A stretch of DNA of 64,000 nt from contig JANQLY010000008.1 in the NCBI GenBank assembly GCA_028280345.1, positions 29,198 through 93,197 of the forward strand, written 5' to 3'. The notes under the pieces were generated by a model. That model searched no databases, had not been told where the DNA came from, and saw only the letters and a program-made list of their open reading frames with translations. A program made the translations under genes and the position numbers. The DNA is from Pseudomonadales bacterium (GTDB taxonomy: Bacteria > Pseudomonadota > Gammaproteobacteria > Pseudomonadales > UBA7239). Below, piece by piece: positions 30,235 through 42,251 of the stretch; within the stretch, counting starts at the first letter, position 1; each line of letters starts with the position of its first letter.

Positions 30235-31638
30235 TTAACCGGATGTGCTGTCTGACTGTGTCTGAAACCAGTCCAGTGTCTTATGCAGCGTTACCACCTG
30301 CCCGACAATCGTCAGACTCGGCGCTTTGACCGCACAACTGACAATTAATTCCGGCAACTGTTCCAGTGTGGAAACAATGACGCGTTGTTCATTGGTGGTG
30401 CCTTTTTCAATCACGGCTACCGGTGTATCCGCGGCACGGCCATGGCTAATCAATTGCTCACAGATATGCGAAGTACCGGTAAGGCCCATATAAAAGACCA
30501 GGGTTTGCCCCGGATCCATCAGCTCGGCCCAGTTCATATCGATATAACCGTCTTTCATATGCCCGGTAAGAAAGCGTACCGATAATGCGTGATCACGGTG
30601 GGTCAGCGGTATCCCGGCATAGGCTGCACAACCTGAAGCCGCAGTAATGCCTGGCACCACCTGAAAGTTAACGCCCTGTGCTGCAAGGGTTTCCATTTCC
30701 TCACCACCGCGCCCGAAAATAAACGGATCGCCCCCTTTAAGACGCAACACACGCAAACCCTGCTTCGCATAATCCACCAAAGTCTGATTGATTTGATCCT
30801 GTGGTACCGCGTGATCAGATTTTTGTTTACCCACATACATCATCGTCGCGTCCTTGCGCACCAGCTCAAGAATCGGTTCTGATACAAGACGATCGTAAAG
30901 CACCACATCCGCCTGCTGCATCAAACGCAACGCTTTAAAGGTTAGCAAATCAGGGTCACCCGGACCTGCGCCGACCAGATACACTTCACCGATCACCGGT
31001 TTACCGCTTTCATTTGCCAGTGTTGCTTCAAACAGTTGCTCCGCCTCTGCCTGGCGATTGTTAAACACCAGCTCCGCCACCGGCCCCTGCAGTACTTTCT
31101 CCCAGAAATAACGCCGCTCGTTGACGGTTTCATAAGCCTGTTTGACCTTGTCACGAAATTTGCCCGCCATTGCTGTAAGCTTGCCATAGTTAGCCGGAAT
31201 CAGCGTTTCAAGTCTGGCTCTAAGCAGGCGCGCAAGTACCGGTGACTGCCCGCCACTGGAAATCGCTACGGTAATCGGGTTGCGATCAATCACCGAGGGA
31301 AAAATAAATGTGCACAGATCCGGCTGATCCACCACGTTTACCGGCAGGTTGCGTTTCACCGCATCCGCATGAATCTGACGATTTACTTCTTCGACACAGG
31401 TCGATGCCACCACGAGCACGCAGCCATCAAGGTCGCTGCTCTCATAGGCGCGCTCTTGCCAACTGCAACTGTGTTGCTCGAGAAAGGCTTTTAATGACTC
31501 ATCAATTTCGAGACCAACCAGACGGATGCGCGCACCCGCCTTGACCAGAAAGCGACACTTGCGATATGCCACATCGCTACCGCCGACAACCAGACAAACC
31601 TGGTCGGTGATATTCAGAAAAACCGGCAAATAGTCCAT
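30235..31638 (-). CDS. cysG: Siroheme synthase (precorrin-2 dehydrogenase/ferrochelatase + uroporphyrinogen-III C-methyltransferase)
   Basis: 467 aa. The N-terminal CLVVGGSDVAYRK Rossmann region is followed by a C-terminal SUMT domain with VYLVGAGPGDPDLLTFKA. Confidence 0.9.
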   Translation of the reverse strand: MDYLPVFLNITDQVCLVVGGSDVAYRKCRFLVKAGARIRLVGLEIDESLKAFLEQHSCSWQERAYESSDLDGCVLVVASTCVEEVNRQIHADAVKRNLPVNVVDQPDLCTFIFPSVIDRNPITVAISSGGQSPVLARLLRARLETLIPANYGKLTAMAGKFRDKVKQAYETVNERRYFWEKVLQGPVAELVFNNRQAEAEQLFEATLANESGKPVIGEVYLVGAGPGDPDLLTFKALRLMQQADVVLYDRLVSEPILELVRKDATMMYVGKQKSDHAVPQDQINQTLVDYAKQGLRVLRLKGGDPFIFGRGGEEMETLAAQGVNFQVVPGITAASGCAAYAGIPLTHRDHALSVRFLTGHMKDGYIDMNWAELMDPGQTLVFYMGLTGTSHICEQLISHGRAADTPVAVIEKGTTNEQRVIVSTLEQLPELIVSCAVKAPSLTIVGQVVTLHKTLDWFQTQSDSTSG

Positions 31639-31662
31639 AACGGATCAATATGAAATTGGCAA

Positions 31663-32979
<1,317 letters not shown>

Positions 32980-33002
32980 TCACAAACCAATGTAACAAAT
33001 AA

Positions 33003-33380
33003 TCAAAGCAGTGAACGGGTTAAATAAATACCCAGCCACACACCGAGCAAACATACCCCGGTGGTACTTAACATATACAGGAAGGCAAGCATCATATGAC
33101 CCTCCTCAATTAACTGAAAACTTTCCAGCGAAAACGTCGAGTACGTGGTGAACGCACCGAGAAATCCCGCCACAAGCAGATGTTTGAAATCCGAGTGAAG
33201 CAATTGTTTTTCAACAATCATCACAAACACCACACCGATAATCACTGAGCCGACAAGATTCACAGTTAATGTTCCCCAGGGAACCCGGCTCACATGCAGG
33301 CCGTTAATCAGTTGCGACAAGCCAAAACGCGCCAACGCACCAAGTGCGCCGCCGAAGGCTATATAAAACAGTTGCAACAT
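33003..33380 (-). CDS. crcB: Fluoride ion channel CrcB/FluC
   Basis: 125-aa, four-TM hydrophobic protein with GGALGALARF and GFLGAFTTYSTFS motifs. Confidence 0.85.
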   Translation of the reverse strand: MLQLFYIAFGGALGALARFGLSQLINGLHVSRVPWGTLTVNLVGSVIIGVVFVMIVEKQLLHSDFKHLLVAGFLGAFTTYSTFSLESFQLIEEGHMMLAFLYMLSTTGVCLLGVWLGIYLTRSLL

Positions 33381-33409
33381 GACTAACTCTCTACCTTCAC
33401 CCGCAAAAG

Positions 33410-34831
33410 CTAACTCTTGTCATTTCCATCACCATCATTGCCGCCTTGATCACTCTGACTCCCATCATCAGGCCAGCGCTGGAATTCACTTTGCTGATTC
33501 ATTTGCCGTAGCTGTTCAAGCTTCTCGGCAATTTTGATTTCCAGGCCGCGCTCCACCGGTTCATAATAAACACGATCGTGAAGCTCTTCGGGAAAATACG
33601 ACTCCCCCGCCACAAACGCATCCTCAAACTCATGGGCATACTGGTACTCCTTGCCATACCCGAGATCTTTCATCAGGGTGGTTGGCGCGTTGCGGATATG
33701 CAGTGGAACGTCATAACTCGGCAGGGATTGCACATCGGCCCGAACGGCTCTGAACGCATTATACACGGCGTTACTTTTCGGTGCTGCTGACATATAGACC
33801 ACCGCCTGGGCAATCGCAAGCTCCCCTTCCGGACTACCGAGCCGCTCCTGCACCTCCCAAGCATTGAGCGCAATTTGCAGCGCACGCGGATCTGCATTGC
33901 CGATATCTTCGCTCGCCATACGCACCACACGTCGCGCAAGATAGATCGGATCACAACCGCCGTCGAGCATACGCATGAACCAATACAGTGCTGCATCCGG
34001 TGACGAGCCGCGCACCGCCTTGTGCAAGGCCGATATCTGGTCGTAAAACAAATCGCCACCCTTGTCGAAACGGCGAAAATCCTGCTGCGCAACCTGGGCG
34101 AGTACTTCCTCGTTAATTTCTCCCTCCCCGGCCATATCCGCGGCAATCTCAAGCAGATTGAGCGCACGGCGCGCATCGCCATCGGCAACCTCCGCCAGTT
34201 GTTGCAACTGTTCATCGGGTACAGTGATGCCGCGCTGCTGCAACTCCGCATCCCGTTCGAGTGCCGCACAAATCACCTGACGAATATCCTCAACCGACAA
34301 ACTCTTCAGCACATACACCCGCGCGCGGGACAACAATGCATTATTAAGTTCAAATGACGGGTTCTCCGTGGTGGCACCGATAAAAATCACCGTGCCATCT
34401 TCCACATAAGGTAGAAACGCATCCTGCTGCGCCTTGTTAAAACGGTGCACCTCGTCGACAAACAGAATGGTTTTTTTGCCGTACTGCTGTTGCTGCTGCG
34501 CCTGACTCACCGCACTGCGAATATCTTTAACACCGGATAACACCGCCGACAAGGCAATAAACTGCGCATCCACCTGTTCGGCAAACAACCGCGCGAGCGA
34601 AGTCTTACCGACACCGGGCGGCCCCCAGAGAATCATCGAGTGTAAATGTTTTTGCTCCAACGCCTGGCGCAGCGGCTGGTCTATACCGAGGATATGTTGC
34701 TGACCAATATAGTCATCGAGTTGAGTCGGACGCATGCGCGCCGCAAGCGGCTGAAACGAGGCCCGTTGCGCTGCCTCCTGTTCGCTAAACAAATCACTCA
34801 CGGATAATATCGATGCCCGCTGGTGGTTCAA
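33410..34831 (-). CDS. rarA: Replication-associated recombination protein A (AAA+ ATPase)
   Basis: 473 aa. Motifs FQPLAARMRP, Walker A GPPGVGKTSLA and FVDEVHRFNK are present. The 5' end overlaps the lolA stop by 38 nt, so the start is uncertain. Confidence 0.9.
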   Translation of the reverse strand: MNHQRASILSVSDLFSEQEAAQRASFQPLAARMRPTQLDDYIGQQHILGIDQPLRQALEQKHLHSMILWGPPGVGKTSLARLFAEQVDAQFIALSAVLSGVKDIRSAVSQAQQQQQYGKKTILFVDEVHRFNKAQQDAFLPYVEDGTVIFIGATTENPSFELNNALLSRARVYVLKSLSVEDIRQVICAALERDAELQQRGITVPDEQLQQLAEVADGDARRALNLLEIAADMAGEGEINEEVLAQVAQQDFRRFDKGGDLFYDQISALHKAVRGSSPDAALYWFMRMLDGGCDPIYLARRVVRMASEDIGNADPRALQIALNAWEVQERLGSPEGELAIAQAVVYMSAAPKSNAVYNAFRAVRADVQSLPSYDVPLHIRNAPTTLMKDLGYGKEYQYAHEFEDAFVAGESYFPEELHDRVYYEPVERGLEIKIAEKLEQLRQMNQQSEFQRWPDDGSQSDQGGNDGDGNDKS

Positions 34832-35507
34832 ACGTAAACAGCGTAGCGGGCAATTCGCTGTTTAGCAAAACGTCGGTAAAATTCAGCGTAGTAGTTTGTT
34901 GCAAGCTGTCCATAATCACCAGGCCCCGGGGCTCTGTGTTTTCAAACTGTAACCACAGCTGTTCATAGAGCGAGGTTTCATTGTTCGGACGCAGAACAAA
35001 GAAAGTAGTTTGCTCTGTAGAACGCTCTTTATCCTCGCTCACCTCATACATCAAGGCAATTGCCTGCTTGTTACCGGTAAACAGCAACAACGGTGTTTCA
35101 AGCAGCGAGCGGTTAACCGGTTTAATCGTTACCTGCTCAAGATCCGGATCATAGACCCAGAGGTTTTCGTTATCGGAAATAATGCTCTGCAAAAATGGCT
35201 CGTCGATATGCCAGGCAAACTCACCGGAGCGCTGTATCGCCAGGTTCCCGGTACTTTCCTGTTGCAGCACACCATCCGCATCGTGAATCTGCTGTGAGAA
35301 TACTGCGCGCAGGTTTTGCAGTGGTTCGATCAGTGCTGCGAGCTGATCCAGTGCTTCGTTACTAATGCCACTGGCATCACTATCGGCATTATTAACATCC
35401 ATTGGCGCCATAACTTTTGCCGGCTCTGAATCGGCGTGGGCCACAGACACAAAACCGCATAACAGCGCACTAGCGAATAATAATGAAAACAAACGACTGA
35501 TCTGCAT
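34794..35507 (-). CDS. lolA: Outer-membrane lipoprotein carrier protein LolA
   Basis: 237 aa with a signal peptide. The LolA-like core ...GNLAIQRSGEFAWHIDEPFLQSIISDNENLWVYDPDLEQVTIKP is present. Its position between ftsK and rarA matches enterobacterial synteny. Confidence 0.85.
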   Translation of the reverse strand: MQISRLFSLLFASALLCGFVSVAHADSEPAKVMAPMDVNNADSDASGISNEALDQLAALIEPLQNLRAVFSQQIHDADGVLQQESTGNLAIQRSGEFAWHIDEPFLQSIISDNENLWVYDPDLEQVTIKPVNRSLLETPLLLFTGNKQAIALMYEVSEDKERSTEQTTFFVLRPNNETSLYEQLWLQFENTEPRGLVIMDSLQQTTTLNFTDVLLNSELPATLFTFEPPAGIDIIRE

Positions 35508-35530
35508 AACTCACAGACTCGTAAAAAGTA

Positions 35531-37924
35531 TTAAAGTTGCGGCGGTGCCGCGGCAATAACCTCACGAGCACCGTTATGCCCCATCGGTGTTACCACCCCG
35601 GCTTCTTCCATCGCTTCGATAAGCCGCGCAGCGCGGTTATAACCGATACGGAACTTGCGCTGCACCGAGGAAATCGATGCCTTATTGGTTTCTGTAACAA
35701 ATGCTACCGCTTCATCGTAGAGTGCATCCTGCTCAGGGTCATCACCGTCACCGTTATCCTCTTTCGACAGACCCGGCACCATCACATCACTGTGATCATC
35801 AACAATGCCATCGAGATAAGCCGGTTGACCGCGCTGTTGCCAGTCACTCACCACCTTGTGTACCTCGTGATCGTCAACAAACGCACCGTGCACACGGATC
35901 GGCACGCCGGTACCTGGCGGCAGGTATAACATATCACCGTGACCGAGCAGTTGCTCTGCGCCACCCTGATCAATGATCGTGCGCGAATCCACCTTGGTGG
36001 AAACCTGGAACGCCATGCGCGTTGGCACGTTGGCCTTGATCAAACCGGTAATTACATCCACTGATGGGCGCTGCGTGGCAAGAATCAAATGAATACCCGC
36101 AGCACGCGCCTTTTGCGCAATACGCGCAATCAGCTGTTCAACTTTCTTGCCGACAATCATCATCATGTCGGCGAACTCGTCTATGACAATGACAATCGCC
36201 GGCAGCGCTTCGAGATCCGGTGCTTCCTGTTCACCTTCAACCAGCTCGTCCGGTTTCCAGATCGGATTTTTGAGCGGTTCTCCTGCGGCTTTGGCATCGG
36301 TAATTTTCTTGTTAAAGCCCGCCAAATTGCGCACACCCATCGCCGCCATGAGTTTATAACGGCGCTCCATTTCACCGACCGCCCAACGCAAACCGTTCGA
36401 GGCCTCGTTCATATCGGTAATAACGGGTGTCAGCAAATGGGGAATGCCTTCATAGACAGAAAGTTCCAACATCTTTGGATCGACAAGAATCAGACGCACT
36501 TCCTGCGGTGAGGATTTAAACAGCAGGCTCAACAACATCACATTCACGCCCACCGACTTACCGGAGCCCGTGGTACCAGCCACCAGCAAGTGTGGCATTT
36601 TGGCTAGGTCGGCGATCACCGGCTCACCCGCAATGTCGTGACCGAGCGCCAGCGTTAACGAGCTTTTCGCTTCATCAAAGGCCTGGGAAGCGAGCACTTC
36701 ACTTAAACGCACAATTTCGCGATCTTCATTCGGTATCTCAATACCGACGCAGGTTTTACCCGGAATCACTTCCACCACACGCACACTGACTACGGCAAGG
36801 GAACGCGCGAGGTCTTTTGCCAGCCCGGTAATACGACTGACCTTAACACCGGGCGCCGGCTGAATTTCAAAACGCGTTACCACAGGCCCGGGCAACACCG
36901 ACACGACCTCGGCACTGATATTGAAATCCTGCAATTTCATTTCCAGCAGCTTCGACATCGCCTCAAGGGATTCCTCCGAATAACCCTTGTCGCTTTTCTC
37001 CGCTTCATCAAGCAAGTTAATTTTTGGCAACTCGCCACTGACCGGCGCATCAAACAGGTTGCCCTGCTTCTCGCGCTGCACACGTTTGCTCGGCTGCGCC
37101 TTCGGTGTCGGTTTCGGCGCGGTAATGCGCGGCGGAATACGCTTGCGCTGTTTTTCCACCTTGCGCTCGACCACCACCTGGCGCTCCTGTTGCGCCTGCT
37201 TCGACTGCTGCTTCTCCTTGAGCTGATGCATCAGTTGTCGCACCAACTGACTACCGCGCTGCCAACCTTCCATACTGTAATGACCGAGTTGATCCATCAC
37301 CCGCAGCCAGGAAAGATCGGTAAATATCGTCATACCAAACAGAAACACTGCGAGCAGAATAATGGTTGCGCCCACATCACTGAATGCTTCATCGGCACTG
37401 CTTGCGATCACCTCGCCGAGCATGCCTCCTGTATTCGCAGGCAACAGGGAGTTCGGCTCGTAAAACTGCAGCGCTGCGAGACCACAGCCCGATGACACCA
37501 CAAGTAAAAAACCCACGACACGCAGACCGAGCACCACCCAGTCCAGCTCAAAAGCCTTGTTGCGGTCGCGAAACTGGATCGCTGCCAGGTAAGTGAGAAT
37601 AAGTGGAATCAGAAAGGAAAGGTTGCCAAACAGGTTGTAGAGAATATCCGCCACCCAGGCACCGGACTTACCCGCAAGATTGGCAATCGCCTGTTCCGAA
37701 CCGGTTTTGGACCAACCCGGATCTGCGGGACTGTAGCTGGCAAGTGAGATAAAAGCATAGAGCACGAGGCAAATGAGGCCAATCAGTACCCCTTCCCGGC
37801 TCAGGCGCTGGATAATTTCCCCGCCCTTGGCCGAGCCATTGGCGGCATCGCCCTGCTTACCAGCTCTGTTGCCAGCCGCGCTCTTTTTACCCGCCGCGGC
37901 ACTGACTGCTTTCGCCTTGCTCAA
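35531..37924 (-). CDS. ftsK: DNA translocase FtsK
   Basis: 797 aa. It has N-terminal TM segments, the motor domain [14 protein letters not shown] and a gamma wHTH domain [28 protein letters not shown]. Confidence 0.95.
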   Translation of the reverse strand: MSKAKAVSAAAGKKSAAGNRAGKQGDAANGSAKGGEIIQRLSREGVLIGLICLVLYAFISLASYSPADPGWSKTGSEQAIANLAGKSGAWVADILYNLFGNLSFLIPLILTYLAAIQFRDRNKAFELDWVVLGLRVVGFLLVVSSGCGLAALQFYEPNSLLPANTGGMLGEVIASSADEAFSDVGATIILLAVFLFGMTIFTDLSWLRVMDQLGHYSMEGWQRGSQLVRQLMHQLKEKQQSKQAQQERQVVVERKVEKQRKRIPPRITAPKPTPKAQPSKRVQREKQGNLFDAPVSGELPKINLLDEAEKSDKGYSEESLEAMSKLLEMKLQDFNISAEVVSVLPGPVVTRFEIQPAPGVKVSRITGLAKDLARSLAVVSVRVVEVIPGKTCVGIEIPNEDREIVRLSEVLASQAFDEAKSSLTLALGHDIAGEPVIADLAKMPHLLVAGTTGSGKSVGVNVMLLSLLFKSSPQEVRLILVDPKMLELSVYEGIPHLLTPVITDMNEASNGLRWAVGEMERRYKLMAAMGVRNLAGFNKKITDAKAAGEPLKNPIWKPDELVEGEQEAPDLEALPAIVIVIDEFADMMMIVGKKVEQLIARIAQKARAAGIHLILATQRPSVDVITGLIKANVPTRMAFQVSTKVDSRTIIDQGGAEQLLGHGDMLYLPPGTGVPIRVHGAFVDDHEVHKVVSDWQQRGQPAYLDGIVDDHSDVMVPGLSKEDNGDGDDPEQDALYDEAVAFVTETNKASISSVQRKFRIGYNRAARLIEAMEEAGVVTPMGHNGAREVIAAAPPQL

Positions 37925-38239
37925 AGTTGTCTACCTAATCGTCTTTTATTCACTCACAAAATGCGCTGCACCTGGTTCCCCCGAACCCGCCTGCAATAAA
38001 GATGTCTCACCCCTTGTATACGCACTTTTAGGCACTATATAAATGGTGCTATATAAAAGGCGGTACATCGCGGTGATGCACTGCAGGCAAACAGCGCTTT
38101 TAGCCATGCACCAGCGATAACCTGGCGCTCGACTAAATGCCACCATTGTACAGGATATTGTATATTTTTCAGCCGCTTATACTATATTTTGTGGGTTTGA
38201 GGGTTTTCCTGTCTGTACCTGCCTGCTTGCATCCACTAA

Positions 38240-39235
<996 letters not shown>

Positions 39236-39264
39236 CTCACCGGCACTTACAGGTCTGAAAAGTC

Positions 39265-39978
39265 ATGGCAACGACCCCCGGAATCCAGTTGCCATGGCTG
39301 CACGAGCACCAGCCCGGCTTTCCCCATCCCAATCAGGCCTTCGAGGAACCAAATGGTCTGCTTGCCGCCGGAGGTGACCTCTCTCCGGAATGGCTGCTAC
39401 TTGCCTATCAGAACGGCATTTTTCCTTGGTATAGCGAAGGTGAACCGATTCTGTGGTGGTCACCCGACCCGCGCGCGGTGATTCTGCCCGGTGGCGTGCA
39501 TGTCTCACGAAGCTTACAAAAAACCCTTAAAAAACAAAGCTTTGAAATACAATTTGATAGTAATTTCGAGGCTGTAATCGAAGCCTGTAGCAGTGTGGAA
39601 CGCCTTGGTCAGTTCGGTACCTGGCTCACAGAAGATATGAAAGCCGCCTACTGCCAGATGCACGAACTCGGCTATGCCCATTCGGTGGAATGCTGGCAAG
39701 ACGGCGAACTTGTAGGCGGTTTTTACGGCCTGGCGATCGGCAAATGCTTCTTTGGCGAATCCATGTTCAGCCTCGAGCGCGATGCGAGCAAGGTGGCACT
39801 CGTCACGTTTGCCGACTATCTGTGGCAGCGCGACTACCAGCTGATCGACTGCCAGGTCAGTTCACCCCATATTCTGTCCCTTGGCGCGGTGGAAATTCCG
39901 CGCCATGACTTCCTCAATCTGCTCGCGCGTGGCTGTACTTTTCCCTCAGATACGGGAAAATGGAGCTATCAGCAATAA
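39265..39978 (+). CDS. aat: Leucyl/phenylalanyl-tRNA--protein transferase
   Basis: 237 aa with GIFPWYSEGEPILWWSPDPRAVI and YAHSVECW motifs. It lies downstream of trxB, as in Enterobacteria. Confidence 0.9.
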   Translation: MATTPGIQLPWLHEHQPGFPHPNQAFEEPNGLLAAGGDLSPEWLLLAYQNGIFPWYSEGEPILWWSPDPRAVILPGGVHVSRSLQKTLKKQSFEIQFDSNFEAVIEACSSVERLGQFGTWLTEDMKAAYCQMHELGYAHSVECWQDGELVGGFYGLAIGKCFFGESMFSLERDASKVALVTFADYLWQRDYQLIDCQVSSPHILSLGAVEIPRHDFLNLLARGCTFPSDTGKWSYQQ

Positions 39979-40017
39979 CCCCCACGGCTCTGCAAACCCC
40001 TGAGCAGCTAATCGTTT

Positions 40018-40725
40018 ATGGCACAGGCACCGCAAATCAATTTCTACGCCACCCAGCCCCACAGCTGTAGCTACCTCGATGATCAGGAAGCCTCAACCAT
40101 CTTTATCGATCCAAACCACCGCGTGGACGCCGAACTGTACAGCCGGCTCTCCGAACACGGCTTTCGCCGCAGCGGTGAGCACCTGTATCGGCCCGGGTGT
40201 GAAAACTGCCAGGCCTGCATTCCGCTGCGTGTTATCGTCGACGCGTATCAACCCACCCGCCAGCAACGACGCGTATGGAAAAAGAATCAGGACCTGAATA
40301 TCGAAGTCAGCGAAGATATCAGCAGCGGCGAGCACTATGCGCTTTACGAAAAGTATATTAACGAGCGCCACTACGACGGCGATATGTACCCGCCAAGCCG
40401 TGAACAGTATGGCAGCTTTCTCAGTGCGCAGTGGGATGTGACCCACTATATCGAATACCGGCTCGAAAACCGCCTGCTCGGCGTGGCTGTCACCGACACC
40501 CTCGACAATGCGGTTTCCGCCATCTATACCTTCTTTGACCCTGCCGAAACCAAACGCAGCCTCGGCGTCTACAGCGTACTGTTCCAGATCGAACTGGCGA
40601 AAAAGCTGCAGCGGCCCTATCTCTACCTCGGCTACTGGATCAAGGACAGCCCGAAAATGAACTACAAAAGCCAGTATCGCCCGTTTGAAATCTATCGCGA
40701 CGGACGCTGGTTACTCGTACGCTGA
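40018..40725 (+). CDS. bpt: Arginyl-/leucyl-tRNA--protein transferase (Bpt/ATE family)
   Basis: 235 aa. It has the N-terminal Cys-rich CSYL...CxxCxxC region and the C-terminal YLYLGYWI motif typical of bacterial Bpt. Confidence 0.85.
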   Translation: MAQAPQINFYATQPHSCSYLDDQEASTIFIDPNHRVDAELYSRLSEHGFRRSGEHLYRPGCENCQACIPLRVIVDAYQPTRQQRRVWKKNQDLNIEVSEDISSGEHYALYEKYINERHYDGDMYPPSREQYGSFLSAQWDVTHYIEYRLENRLLGVAVTDTLDNAVSAIYTFFDPAETKRSLGVYSVLFQIELAKKLQRPYLYLGYWIKDSPKMNYKSQYRPFEIYRDGRWLLVR

Positions 40726-40837
40726 CAGGCGGCCGCGAAGCCCTCTCAACCGGATTGTAATTAACCCCACAAGACTTTGATTATTCGGGTGTTTTCAGGC
40801 AAAATGCCGCTGTTTTTACTACCGCTCAGCATTATTT

Positions 40838-41056
40838 ATGGCTAAAGAAGATTGTATTGAAATGGAAGGCGAAGTCATCGACACGCTTCCGAACACCACA
40901 TTTCGCGTCAAACTCGAAAACGACCACGTTGTGACCGCCCATATCTCGGGCAAAATGCGCAAAAACTACATTCGTATTCTGACCGGCGACAAAGTCACCG
41001 TCGAAATGACCCCCTATGATCTGACCAAGGGGCGTATTACCTACCGCGAGCGTTAA
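40838..41056 (+). CDS. infA: Translation initiation factor IF-1
   Basis: 72 aa. [62 protein letters not shown] is near-identical to the canonical IF-1. Confidence 0.97.
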   Translation: MAKEDCIEMEGEVIDTLPNTTFRVKLENDHVVTAHISGKMRKNYIRILTGDKVTVEMTPYDLTKGRITYRER

Positions 41057-41123
41057 TAGCTAGGCGGTGCTTTTATCTTCAGTACTTCCAGCACCGCCGA
41101 CTCAACTCCTTTCCCCAAACTCG

Positions 41124-41915
41124 CTACTCCTTATTTTCCCCGCTTGCTTCAACTGGCTGTTCGTCTAGTTGACCTTGCTGTTGATCATCGCCAGACGTTT
41201 CAAGAGTGCTTTGTGCCGTCTTCGCGGCTTTGATATCGCGAATACACTGCCGGTTTAAAGAAAAAAAGAATTCTGCCGCAATCTCCGCCGAAGGCATTTG
41301 ATAAACAGCCGTCACCATCTCCGAGATATTCTGCCGATCAACCGCCGAATCAGCACCGGACATACTGACCAATGATTCAACGACCGCGTTAGCGTCATTG
41401 CCATAAAGTTTCTGATCAAGGATAAACATATGCAGATCGAGAAAACTGAAACAGAGTTTCTCTTCTGCCAGATCATAGGCAACCGATCCTGAATCGAGAC
41501 AGGCACGATAAGCCTCAAACGCAAAATTCTGTGGGTTACTGACCTGACCGGTTTTCAGCAATTCATATTGGGACTCAATAATTGGGTAAACCGGCTTATC
41601 TTTATAGTCATCAATAAACTCACGCTCAAAGTCATCAGCCACGTCATAACGCTTGAAGGTATTAAACAGCATATAATTTGACATCGCGAAATACAGACAG
41701 GTTTTGTGATGCCACAAGACCGCCACACGCTCCCCGACCTCGACAAGGTTGTCGTCCGTCAGCTGCAAAGATGGATCATCCTTGAGCACCTCCTTGATCA
41801 GCCGCTTTGTTTCCTCCCGGGAAGGTTCGGATTGGTTCGCGAATGCTGTGCTGGTAAATAGCAAGCTGGTGAGTAGAAGGAAGGTGGTGGCTATTTGGAG
41901 TGGTTGAAAGGCCAT
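41124..41915 (-). CDS. Hypothetical secreted/periplasmic protein with an acidic Q/E-rich C-terminus
   Basis: 263-aa ORF with signal peptide MAFQPLQIATTFLLLTSLLFTSTAFA/NQ. I recognise no domain. Confidence 0.6.
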   Translation of the reverse strand: MAFQPLQIATTFLLLTSLLFTSTAFANQSEPSREETKRLIKEVLKDDPSLQLTDDNLVEVGERVAVLWHHKTCLYFAMSNYMLFNTFKRYDVADDFEREFIDDYKDKPVYPIIESQYELLKTGQVSNPQNFAFEAYRACLDSGSVAYDLAEEKLCFSFLDLHMFILDQKLYGNDANAVVESLVSMSGADSAVDRQNISEMVTAVYQMPSAEIAAEFFFSLNRQCIRDIKAAKTAQSTLETSGDDQQQGQLDEQPVEASGENKE

Positions 41916-42165
41916 AATCAGTTCGAGCTAAGTCACGTAATATACATTTAGTTATCTTACGTGCTCGTTACGCAAGTAACAATGCCACCCCAACTCACCC
42001 ATTGATAATCTCGTATTCTGACTTATTAGATTTAGTAAGTGCTGGCTTTGAACAAACAATAGCACAAAAGATTTAGAGACTTTTAATGTCAGTTCGGGGC
42101 CGCACCCTAATCCTCTGCGCAAGCTATTGTTTTGAAAACACATTTTGAACCCCCTAAAAGGTGGT

Positions 42166-42183
42166 TACAACAGCGATACCAAC
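42166..42183. repeat. Left copy of the island-flanking direct repeat
   Basis: The sequence is TACAACAGCGATACCAAC, 69 nt downstream of the stop of the last operon gene. Confidence 0.6.
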
Positions 42184-42251
42184 GCCAAAATGTCCCCTTT
42201 TCGGACTTGAATTCGGACAATCCGGCCAACAGAGCGCAGCTCAGAAATTGT

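Noticed and set aside
33381-33470. Fluoride riboswitch upstream of crcB
   Set aside because: Only 29 nt separate the rarA stop from the crcB start. The upstream sequence, read into the rarA 3' end, shows no crcB-motif-like conserved strings. crcB is probably co-transcribed with rarA.
34794-34831. 38-nt overlap of the rarA 5' end with the lolA 3' end as a possible programmed feature
   Set aside because: It is most simply an artefact of taking the longest ORF. The conserved RarA sequence (FQPLAARMRP) begins ~25 codons downstream, and I cannot see an alternative start or evidence of recoding.
41063-41098. Hairpin GGCGGTGC...GCACCGCC between convergent infA and the 263-aa gene, considered as an intrinsic terminator
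   Set aside because: It has an 8-bp stem but a 20-nt loop and no flanking T- or A-tracts. It is too weak to call from sequence alone.
42202-42211. A 10-nt identity (CGGACTTGAA) between the island's left flank and the T-arm of tRNA-Leu (55685-55694), considered as a tRNA-derived att site
   Set aside because: The match does not extend to the acceptor or 3' end (13 of 23 positions overall). About 230 bp of GC-rich native-looking sequence separates tRNA-Leu from the island. The 17-of-19 direct repeat at 42166/55346 is the better boundary candidate.
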